Origin: Spirochaetia bacterium
Lineage (GTDB): Bacteria; Spirochaetota; Spirochaetia; Treponematales; Rectinemataceae
DNA length: 27,486 nucleotides
Reading direction: 5' to 3'
NCBI GenBank assembly: GCA_021286925.1
Contig: JAJTBL010000001.1
Span: 1-27,486 of the forward strand
Shown here one piece after another: positions 16,790 to 24,082 of the stretch. Within the stretch, counting starts at the first letter, position 1. The number at the start of each line of letters is the position of its first letter. Position numbers and translations under genes: made by a program. Below the pieces are notes generated by a model. It saw only the letters and a program-made list of their open reading frames with translations. It was not told the origin of the DNA and made no database searches.

Positions 16790-17399
16790 AACACCAGGGC
16801 GTTCCCCAGATTTTCCGCCCAATGCGCCCAGCTCCGCCTGGCCGCTGCGCTCCGCCGCAATTCGGCTGGAAAGTAAATTCGGCCCGATTTTCCTCATCTG
16901 GGATCTTGAAAGCCAAACGCTTCAGCGCGTTTGGATAGCTCAGGATGGTTCTGCCGGGGACATCGGCGCTGTTCTGGCCATGAAAGTGTCCGGAGCTCCG
17001 GAGCTTGTCAGAACAGCGGCAGCTTTTATCGAAGCGCTTCTGTCGGGGGCCGGCAGAGCATTTGTTTTTCCGCTGGAGCTTATTCCCCTCCAGCAATGCC
17101 CCGGTTTTCAGCGCAAAATCCTTTCGGCCGAGCATGCGATTCGACCTGGAACGGTAAGCACCTATGCCCGGCTCGCCGAAGCCGCAGGCTACCCGGGCGC
17201 GGGACGGGCAGTCGGCTCCGCCCTTTCCCACAACCCTTTCCCGCTCCTAATCCCCTGCCATCGCACCATCAGAAGCGACGGCAGTCTCGGCGGATACCAG
17301 GGCGGACTCGCCATGAAACGCTATCTGCTCGAACAGGAAGGGATTTCGTTCCTGAATAATGGAAAAGTTGACCTGAAATGCGTACCTTATGGTATATGA
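16782..17399 (+). CDS. ogt: Methylated-DNA--protein-cysteine methyltransferase
   Basis: Active-site IPCHR, TYARLA, RAVGSALSHNP and GGYQGGLAMKRYLLEQE. ATG 16782 has SD GAGG and overlaps the thrB stop by 8 nt. Confidence 0.9.
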   Translation: MPETPGRSPDFPPNAPSSAWPLRSAAIRLESKFGPIFLIWDLESQTLQRVWIAQDGSAGDIGAVLAMKVSGAPELVRTAAAFIEALLSGAGRAFVFPLELIPLQQCPGFQRKILSAEHAIRPGTVSTYARLAEAAGYPGAGRAVGSALSHNPFPLLIPCHRTIRSDGSLGGYQGGLAMKRYLLEQEGISFLNNGKVDLKCVPYGI

Positions 17400-17433
17400 A
17401 AGAAGCCGAGCACACTTGCAAAAACGGCTTCTT
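17400..17433 (+). terminator. Possible stem-loop after ogt
   Basis: AAGAAGCCG/CGGCTTCTT perfect 9-bp stem with a 16-nt loop; no good T tract. Confidence 0.4.
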
Positions 17434-17476
17434 GTGAAAAGGCTTTATCGATGAGGAATTAACGAGAGGAAAAACG

Positions 17477-18253
17477 ATGAGAATGCCCGCCCTTTTTATA
17501 GGCCATGGCTCTCCCATGAACATATTTCTCGAAGGACCTTATGCGGCAGATTTGCGAGAACAGGCGGAAAGCATGCCAAGACCGGCCGCAATTCTGGTCA
17601 TATCGGCCCACTGGACAACACCCCAGCTCCGCGTCACTGCCTCCGCCGCCCCGCGGCAGCTCTATGATTTTATCGGTTTTCCTGAAGAGTTTTATAAATT
17701 CACCTATGAGACGCCTGGCGATCCAATACTGGCCGGCAGAATTGCGTCGCTTTTGGAGACAGCCGGCAAACCCTGTACGCAGGATCCAACTCGAGGCATT
17801 GACCATGCCGCCTGGGCAATCCTTTCGCACATGTATCCCGAAGCGGATATCCCCGTTCTCGAACTCAGCCTGAGCTATCACCTTCCCCCGCTGGAGTGGT
17901 TCGATATTGGCAAAGCACTTTCGCCGCTCCGCGAAGAAGGCATCCTGATCATCGGCTCCGGCAACCTTGTGCACAATCTCTATGAATTCGACTATGAAAT
18001 GAACGTCCAGCCATATCCATGGGCTGTCGCCTTCAATACACTCGTCAAAGAAAAGCTCGCGAAAAAGGACAAAACAGCCTTAGCTGCGTATGCGGAAACC
18101 GTGCCGGAGTCAAAACAGGCAGTCCCGACCCCGGATCACTATCTGCCGCTTCTGGCCGCTGCCGGCACCATGGAAAGCATGGAAAGCGCCGTTGTCTTTC
18201 ATGAGTCCTTCCAAAACGGAAGTATCGCCATGACAAGCTTTATTTTTGCCTGA
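17477..18253 (+). CDS. ygiD: Class III extradiol ring-cleavage dioxygenase (DODA/YgiD/LigB-like)
   Basis: FIGHGSPMN, ISAHW, DHAAW, MYPEADIPV, GSGNLVHNL and PTPDHYLPL; SD GAGGA. Confidence 0.88.
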   Translation: MRMPALFIGHGSPMNIFLEGPYAADLREQAESMPRPAAILVISAHWTTPQLRVTASAAPRQLYDFIGFPEEFYKFTYETPGDPILAGRIASLLETAGKPCTQDPTRGIDHAAWAILSHMYPEADIPVLELSLSYHLPPLEWFDIGKALSPLREEGILIIGSGNLVHNLYEFDYEMNVQPYPWAVAFNTLVKEKLAKKDKTALAAYAETVPESKQAVPTPDHYLPLLAAAGTMESMESAVVFHESFQNGSIAMTSFIFA

Positions 18254-18287
18254 AATTGTGCAGTAAAAACGCGGGGTAACGCCAGCT

Positions 18288-18710
18288 ATGAAAAAGCCAG
18301 CCAGTGAAAAACAGCCCATTGAAAATCAGGTCAGTGAAAAACCAGCCGCCAAGAAACCCAAGCACGATATCCGCCTGGACATCCAGACCCTGTATTATGC
18401 AACCCAGAACAAACAGATCGGCTTCTGGGCCAAATTTTGGACAGGCCTTGCCATTGCCTACGCCCTTTCGCCAATAGACCTGATACCCGATTTTATCCCT
18501 GTGCTCGGTATGCTCGACGACGCCCTGATTCTGCCGGTTTTCATTTATTTAGCCTTCAAGTCGATACCGCCCGAAATAATCGAAGAAAGCCGAAAAAAAG
18601 CACAGACTGAACCGCTCAATCTCGCCAAAAACTGGAAAGGCGCCCTGCTGGTGCTCAGTATTTGGGGACTCTTGCTCTTTGCGATTATCAAAGCGTTTTT
18701 CGTAAAATAA
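18288..18710 (+). CDS. YkvA/DUF1232 family membrane protein
   Basis: Signature AYALSPIDLIPDFIPVLGMLDD. The start codon is uncertain because no SD is visible. Confidence 0.85.
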   Translation: MKKPASEKQPIENQVSEKPAAKKPKHDIRLDIQTLYYATQNKQIGFWAKFWTGLAIAYALSPIDLIPDFIPVLGMLDDALILPVFIYLAFKSIPPEIIEESRKKAQTEPLNLAKNWKGALLVLSIWGLLLFAIIKAFFVK

Positions 18711-19380
18711 CGACACAGCGCTCTTCTTCCAGGAAAGGCACCCAGACGGGTAAAATTGCCGCTTTTGCGGCAGCCTCGGCAAAAAACTTATCCTCGCCGA
18801 GCTCTGCAAGCTCAATTTTAGCATTCAGCATTTTTCCTTTGTAGGCAAACAGCGCGCCGCCCGGCGCGAGCGCTTTCCAGACAGTCTTGAACAGCTTGGT
18901 TTCTGAAAAAGGCCTGAAAGCCCGGAACGTGACCACCTGATGCCCCCCCGCCGCGCGTTCGATTTCGCTTTCTTCTATCGAAACATTCTCCAGCTGGAGC
19001 AAGGCTTTCTGGTTTTCCAGAAACGTGATGCGCTTCCCCATGCGGTCAATCAGCCTGAACTGCCGATCCGCAAGGACAATACTCAAGGGAATCCCCGGAA
19101 GGCCGGCGCCTGTGCCGATATCCGAAACCACCGCATTCCTGCCCGGGCCCATTCTCACATCGCATTCTTCCAGCAAATCCACAAGGATGCGCCACGGGGC
19201 GAGGCTGTCCAGAATATGCTTGACGATTAAATCCTCGCCCTCGGCCTTGACCAGCCCGTAAACCGGATTCCAGCGTTCGAGCTCATGCGTATAGGTAATA
19301 AGCCGGTGAACCATCACGCCCGAATAGGGAATATCCAGGGCCGCCAGGCCGCGCACCAGCAACAAGTCGTTCTGAGTCAT
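18688..19380 (-). CDS. rsmG: 16S rRNA m7G527 methyltransferase
   Basis: HILDSL, SAM motif DIGTGAGLPGIPL, KRITFL, VVTFRAF and YKG. ATG at 19380 lies 6 nt after a -10 box. Confidence 0.92.
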   Translation of the reverse strand: MTQNDLLLVRGLAALDIPYSGVMVHRLITYTHELERWNPVYGLVKAEGEDLIVKHILDSLAPWRILVDLLEECDVRMGPGRNAVVSDIGTGAGLPGIPLSIVLADRQFRLIDRMGKRITFLENQKALLQLENVSIEESEIERAAGGHQVVTFRAFRPFSETKLFKTVWKALAPGGALFAYKGKMLNAKIELAELGEDKFFAEAAAKAAILPVWVPFLEEERCVVILRKTL

Positions 19381-19386
19381 GAAAGA

Positions 19387-19415
19387 ATTGTACCTGCCAG
19401 CGCGCGGATAGTCCA
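19387..19415 (-). promoter_or_regulatory. rsmG promoter, predicted leaderless transcript
   Basis: Minus strand TGGACT-N17-TACAAT-N6-ATG; no SD. Confidence 0.65.
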
Positions 19416-19461
19416 CTATGTTTTTTCATATCGAATTTTACTCGGCCGCCAGCCGGGGTGA

Positions 19462-19491
19462 TTGACAAGTTCGAGCTTTTCCATCGATACT
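19462..19491 (+). promoter_or_regulatory. pyrG promoter, predicted leaderless or near-leaderless transcript
   Basis: TTGACA(19462-19467)-N18-GATACT(19486-19491)-gaaatccc-ATG; no SD. Confidence 0.65.
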
Positions 19492-19499
19492 GAAATCCC

Positions 19500-21110
19500 A
19501 TGAAGAAGCTAGTATTCGTTACTGGCGGGGTCTGCTCTTCATTGGGCAAAGGCATTGCCGCCTCGTCGATCGGCGCTCTCATGGAAGCCCGCGGTTTTAC
19601 CGTTCGCATGGTAAAAATAGATCCCTACCTGAATGTCGATGCCGGAACAATGAGCCCCTACCAGCATGGGGAAGTCTATGTCACCGACGACGGGGCGGAA
19701 ACCGACCTCGATCTCGGCAATTACGGCCGCTTTACCTCGGCTCCGCTGTCACGGGCCAATTCAATCACCACAGGACAAGTTTACAAAGCCGTCATTGAGA
19801 AGGAACGCGCTGGCGATTTCCTCGGCAAAACCGTCCAGGTCATACCCCACATCACCGATGAAATCAAACGCCGCATCCTCGTCGTTGCGGAAAGCCCCGA
19901 TGTCGATATCACCATAGTCGAAATCGGCGGCACCGTCGGCGACATGGAATCCATCCCCTTCCTGGAAGCAGCCCGCCAGCTCATCCACGAGTTTGGCCGT
20001 CAGAACGCCATTTCAGTCCATGTCACGCTGGTGCCTTCAGTCTCGGGCGGAGAAATCAAGACCAAACCCACCCAGCACGCCGTCAAGGAACTCCAGGAAG
20101 TCGGTATCCAGCCCGATGTGCTCATCCTCCGCTCAAAACAGCCGCTGGAAGAAGGCATCCGCAGAAAAATTTCATCCTTTACCAATGTCGAATTTGAAGG
20201 CGTTATCTCCGGCTACGATGCGCCGACCATCTACGAAGTGCCCCTCATCTTCTTTCAGCAGAAACTCGACAGCTTTATCCTGAAAAAAATGAACGTCGAA
20301 AGCAGACATGCCGAACTCGGCATCTGGAAACAGGTCGTCAATACCGTGAAAAACCCCGCCCATCAGGTGCGCATCGGAATTGTCGGCAAATATATGGAGC
20401 TGCACGACGCCTACAAGTCAGTTTGGGAAGCCCTCTACCATGGCGGCATCGCGAACGACGCAGGCGTAGAGCTGGTAAAAATCGACTCGGGCCTCTTGGA
20501 GCATGCCGATGCCAACCTCGGCGAACTCTTTGCCGGCATTGACGGGATTTTGGTTCCCGGCGGCTTTGGCGAACGCGGCATCGAAGGCATGATCAAAGCT
20601 GCGCAGTATGCCCGCGAGCATGGAATACCGTATTTCGGCATCTGCCTCGGCATGCAGATCATGGTTATCGAATACGCCCGCAACGTGCTCGGCCGCAAGG
20701 ACGCGCACTCCAGCGAATTTTCCAAGACCACCAGCTACCCCGTCGTTGCCTTGCTGGAAGAACAGATCGATGTCAAAGCCTATGGCGGCACGATGCGCCT
20801 TGGGGCTTCGGAATCGGTCATCAAGGCAGGCACCTTCATGCACAAAGCCTACGGCAAAGATCGAATTTTGGAACGGCACCGGCACCGCTATGAAGTCGCC
20901 AACGAAAAACGGGCGGAACTGCAGGAAAAAGGCTTGATCATCGCGGCAACCACGCCGGACGGCTCGCTGGTGGAAGCCTGCGAATGGCCGGGACACCTGT
21001 GGTCAGTCGGCGTTCAGTACCACCCTGAATTCAAATCCCGCCCGACCAAAGCGCACCCGCTGTTTAAAGCCTTTATCGCGGCAAGCCTGGAACGCCACGC
21101 AAAAGCTTGA
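19500..21110 (+). CDS. pyrG: CTP synthase
   Basis: VTGGVCSSLGKG, DPYLNVDAGTMSPYQHGEV, EIGGTVGD, KTKPTQH, GICLGMQ (catalytic Cys), ERHRHRYE and QYHPEF. Confidence 0.98.
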   Translation: MKKLVFVTGGVCSSLGKGIAASSIGALMEARGFTVRMVKIDPYLNVDAGTMSPYQHGEVYVTDDGAETDLDLGNYGRFTSAPLSRANSITTGQVYKAVIEKERAGDFLGKTVQVIPHITDEIKRRILVVAESPDVDITIVEIGGTVGDMESIPFLEAARQLIHEFGRQNAISVHVTLVPSVSGGEIKTKPTQHAVKELQEVGIQPDVLILRSKQPLEEGIRRKISSFTNVEFEGVISGYDAPTIYEVPLIFFQQKLDSFILKKMNVESRHAELGIWKQVVNTVKNPAHQVRIGIVGKYMELHDAYKSVWEALYHGGIANDAGVELVKIDSGLLEHADANLGELFAGIDGILVPGGFGERGIEGMIKAAQYAREHGIPYFGICLGMQIMVIEYARNVLGRKDAHSSEFSKTTSYPVVALLEEQIDVKAYGGTMRLGASESVIKAGTFMHKAYGKDRILERHRHRYEVANEKRAELQEKGLIIAATTPDGSLVEACEWPGHLWSVGVQYHPEFKSRPTKAHPLFKAFIAASLERHAKA

Positions 21111-21136
21111 CAGCAAGGCTTTCCGGGGACGATACT
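21107..21136 (+). promoter_or_regulatory. Internal promoter for lptCAB overlapping the pyrG stop codon
   Basis: TTGACA(21107-21112, contains the pyrG TGA)-N18-GATACT(21131-21136); same architecture as the pyrG promoter. Confidence 0.6.
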
Positions 21137-21145
21137 CTTTCAGGT

Positions 21146-21739
21146 ATGCGTTCAGGAATGCGCCGGGAAAATAAACCACAGCAGCGCCTCGTCAGCGCCA
21201 TGGCAGTCTTTGCCGCCATGGCTTTGCTCGCTGCTTGCTCGGTGCGCAATGAGGAAAGCCCCGTCCAGACCAGCGATGACAGCCCCGATATCGTGTTTTC
21301 CGGCTATTCCCGGGATGAAGTGAACCATGGCGTTGTCACCTTCAAAGCCAGCGCGGAAAAAGCCGAATATTTTCAGGAACAGCGGAAGCTCGTCATTTAC
21401 AACGTGCGTTTTGAAGATTGGGGCGAATCCGGCCAGACCCTGCTTTCAGAAGGTGAGGCGGAGAAAGCCATCTATTATGAAGATACCGGCAATGCCGAAT
21501 TTTCAGGCTATATCAGCATTCGATCCCATGAAGAAGACGCCAGTTTTGAAACCAGTGCCCTGCGCTATGATGCCGCAACCCAAACGCTGGAAGGCGACGC
21601 AAAAACGCAGGCTATAGTCCGAGTCGGCGACAAACTCTTTCTCCATGGCATGGGGTTTTTCGCCGATATTCAAAACAAGGCATTCGCTTTCAGAAATGGG
21701 GTAAGCGGCAGTATACTGAACAAGGGGAGCAAACCATGA
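21146..21739 (+). CDS. lptC: LptC-like periplasmic beta-jellyroll lipoprotein
   Basis: Lipobox LLAAC; ASAEKAEYF, FETSALRYD and GMGFFAD resemble LptC repeats; immediately upstream of lptA and lptB. Start could be ATG 21146 or 21158. Confidence 0.7.
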   Translation: MRSGMRRENKPQQRLVSAMAVFAAMALLAACSVRNEESPVQTSDDSPDIVFSGYSRDEVNHGVVTFKASAEKAEYFQEQRKLVIYNVRFEDWGESGQTLLSEGEAEKAIYYEDTGNAEFSGYISIRSHEEDASFETSALRYDAATQTLEGDAKTQAIVRVGDKLFLHGMGFFADIQNKAFAFRNGVSGSILNKGSKP

Positions 21740-22449
21740 CAATACAAAAATCAAAAACGAGCATTTTCCTGACAGTGCTGACCATCGGTCTTCTGATGGC
21801 TGCCAGCATGCCGGTCTTTGCCCAGAACGCCGCGCCGGTAAAGCCGGTTGAAGGCCAGAAAGGCGAAGACAGCGAAGTGATCACCTTTACTGCCCAGCGG
21901 ATGGAAAGTGTTCTTGCCAAGGGCAAGGAAAAAACCATCCTCATCGGCGCGGCGGTCGTCAACACTGGAAGCATTGAAATCCGGGCCGACAGGATTGAGC
22001 TGTCCGGAACCGACTACAATAACCTTGTCTGTATCGGCTCTGTCAAAGTCAAGGATGAATCCAAAGGCTTTGCTCTTGTCTCCGATAACCTTGAATACGC
22101 TCGCGATACGGAAATCGGCCTGGCGCAGAGCGCGGTCGTGCTTGAAGACTCGAAGAATAACGTCATCCTCAAGGCGGAATGGGTTCGATTCGACCAGAAA
22201 CAGAGCATTGTCGACGCCCGGATCGGAGTCCATATTCTAAAGGAAGATTTCGCTGTCCGTGCCGAATATGCGCGCTACAACCGCGACACCGAAAGCCTCG
22301 AACTCAGCGGAAAGCCCACTGTTGTTTCGCCTGACGGCACTATTACCGCGGACACCGTCAGCGGCAAGCCGAACATGGACAACCTGACCCTGAGCGGCCA
22401 GGTCAGCGGCACCATCACAACCAAGAAAAAAGAAGGGACCACTCCTTGA
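21736..22449 (+). CDS. lptA: LptA/OstA-family periplasmic protein
   Basis: ATGA overlap, signal peptide, OstA-like beta repeats (IRADRIEL, AEYARYNRDTESLELSGKP), position between lptC and lptB. Confidence 0.75.
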   Translation: MTIQKSKTSIFLTVLTIGLLMAASMPVFAQNAAPVKPVEGQKGEDSEVITFTAQRMESVLAKGKEKTILIGAAVVNTGSIEIRADRIELSGTDYNNLVCIGSVKVKDESKGFALVSDNLEYARDTEIGLAQSAVVLEDSKNNVILKAEWVRFDQKQSIVDARIGVHILKEDFAVRAEYARYNRDTESLELSGKPTVVSPDGTITADTVSGKPNMDNLTLSGQVSGTITTKKKEGTTP

Positions 22450-23177
22450 GCGACTCCGTTCTTGAAGTAAAAAACCTCCGCAAAAACTATGGGAAAAAGC
22501 TGGCAGTCTCGGATGTCAGCTTTTCCATGAAAAATGGAGAAGTGGTCGGCCTTCTGGGACCCAACGGCGCCGGCAAAACCACCATTTTTTATATGGTGGC
22601 AGGCTTTCTCCAGCCCAGCGCCGGCATCGTGATGCTGGACGGACACATCCTCAACCGCATGCCCATGTTCCAACGGGCGCGGCACGGGATTTCCTACCTC
22701 CCGCAGGAAGCTTCCATTTTTAGAAAAATGACGGTCGAGGAAAATATTCTGGCAGTGCTGGAAACACGAAGCGGGATGAGCGGCGCCGCGCGCCGCGAAA
22801 GGGCGCGCCAGCTTATGGAAGAGTTCGGTATAAGCGCCATCGCAAATCAGCCTGGCTACACGCTGTCTGGCGGCGAACGGCGCCGCACCGAAATTGCCCG
22901 CGCGCTCGCCATGGAGCCGAAATTCCTTTTACTGGATGAGCCTTTTACCGGCATCGACCCGATCGCGATTCACGAGATAAAGAAGATTGTCGAAAAGCTC
23001 GCGGCTTCCGGCATCGGCGTTCTGCTCACCGACCACAATGTTCGTGACACTTTGGAGATAACAAGCCGGGCCTACATCATTCACCTGGGGCAAATCATCG
23101 TTTCGGGCGGCCGCGATGCGATTTTGAACGATGAGCGGGCCCGCCAGATCTATCTTGGCGAAGGTTTCCGGATGTAA
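22446..23177 (+). CDS. lptB: LptB ABC ATPase
   Basis: TTG start overlapping the lptA TGA, with SD GAAGGGA. GPNGAGKTT, YLPQEASIFR, LSGGERRRTEIARAL, LLDEPFTGIDP and TDHNVRDTL. Confidence 0.93.
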   Translation: MSDSVLEVKNLRKNYGKKLAVSDVSFSMKNGEVVGLLGPNGAGKTTIFYMVAGFLQPSAGIVMLDGHILNRMPMFQRARHGISYLPQEASIFRKMTVEENILAVLETRSGMSGAARRERARQLMEEFGISAIANQPGYTLSGGERRRTEIARALAMEPKFLLLDEPFTGIDPIAIHEIKKIVEKLAASGIGVLLTDHNVRDTLEITSRAYIIHLGQIIVSGGRDAILNDERARQIYLGEGFRM

Positions 23178-23211
23178 AATTCGGTAATCCTCGGTAATAT
23201 ATAAAATAATG

Positions 23212-23259
23212 TTGACGACTGACATTCAGCATGATACATTTACTATACCCGTACGGGTA
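23212..23259 (+). promoter_or_regulatory. tatD promoter with a palindrome over the predicted +1
   Basis: TTGACG(23212-23217)-N17-TACATT(23235-23240) with an extended-10 TG and an AT-rich UP-like tract upstream. Perfect 14-bp palindrome TACCCGTACGGGTA at 23246-23259. Confidence 0.7.
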
Positions 23260-23287
23260 AACCCACCATTTTTTTAACGGAAAACAG

Positions 23288-24067
23288 ATGCGGTATTTTG
23301 ACACTCATGCCCATATCGGGCTCATTTATGATGACCCGATCGAACAGCTTTTAGTTTGCCAGCAAGCGAAACAGGCCGGCGTCAGCAGAATTGTAAGCAT
23401 CTGCAACAGTCTGGTTGATTTCAAACAGGTCTATGAAAACCTCAAACCGGCTGAACATGTCTTTCATGCGGTAGGCGTTTCACCCTCCGAGGTTCAGAAC
23501 CCCGGGAAGGACTGGCAATATACCATCGAAGCCGCGGTTAAAATGCCGCGCGTTATCGCGATTGGCGAAATCGGCCTGGACTATTTCCATAAATACGGCG
23601 ACAAGCGGAGCCAGATTGAGCTTTTTATCGATCAGCTCGAATTGGCGGCGCGGCTCGACCTGCCGGTCATCATTCACAACCGCGAAGCGGGCCACGATGT
23701 GCTGGAAATTCTCCGCGACCGTATGCCACCAGCTGGTGCAGTTCTTCATTGCTATTCCGAAAACGCTGAATATGCGGACCGGGTTTTGCAGACAGGGCTT
23801 CCGATTTACTTCTCCTTTGCAGGGAACCTGACCTACCGGAATGCCCGCAACCTCCACGAGACTGTGGAAATGCTGCCGCCTGACCGGATTCTCATCGAAA
23901 GCGAATCGCCCTTCATGGTGCCTGCTGAGTATCGCGGCAAGCGAAACAAGCCGGAGTACCTGCCCTCAACCGCTTGGTTCCTTTCGGAAATCCTCCAGGT
24001 TGAGCCCGAAGAAGCCGCGGAAATCACCTATCAGAACGCCTGCCGGTTCTTCAGGATGGAGCCCTAA
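23288..24067 (+). CDS. tatD: TatD-family hydrolase/nuclease
   Basis: FDTHAH, IGEIGLDY, IIHNREA, LHCYS, SFAGNLTY, ESESPF and RGKRNKP. Confidence 0.9.
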   Translation: MRYFDTHAHIGLIYDDPIEQLLVCQQAKQAGVSRIVSICNSLVDFKQVYENLKPAEHVFHAVGVSPSEVQNPGKDWQYTIEAAVKMPRVIAIGEIGLDYFHKYGDKRSQIELFIDQLELAARLDLPVIIHNREAGHDVLEILRDRMPPAGAVLHCYSENAEYADRVLQTGLPIYFSFAGNLTYRNARNLHETVEMLPPDRILIESESPFMVPAEYRGKRNKPEYLPSTAWFLSEILQVEPEEAAEITYQNACRFFRMEP

Positions 24068-24082
24068 GCACTGCCAAATTGC

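Noticed and set aside
18169-18342. Short coding repeats: CATGGAAAG x2 (18169-18186) and CAGTGAAAAAC x2 (18302, 18332)
   Set aside because: In-frame micro-duplications with two copies only; not a CRISPR, a VNTR or a mobile-element scar.
23190-23217. dif-like site (TAATATATAAAATAATGTTGAC), and a weaker candidate at about 19420-19450
   Set aside because: Only partial arm matches and wrong spacing for an 11-6-11 XerC/XerD site. The 23.2-kb sequence is explained by a UP element plus -35 box.
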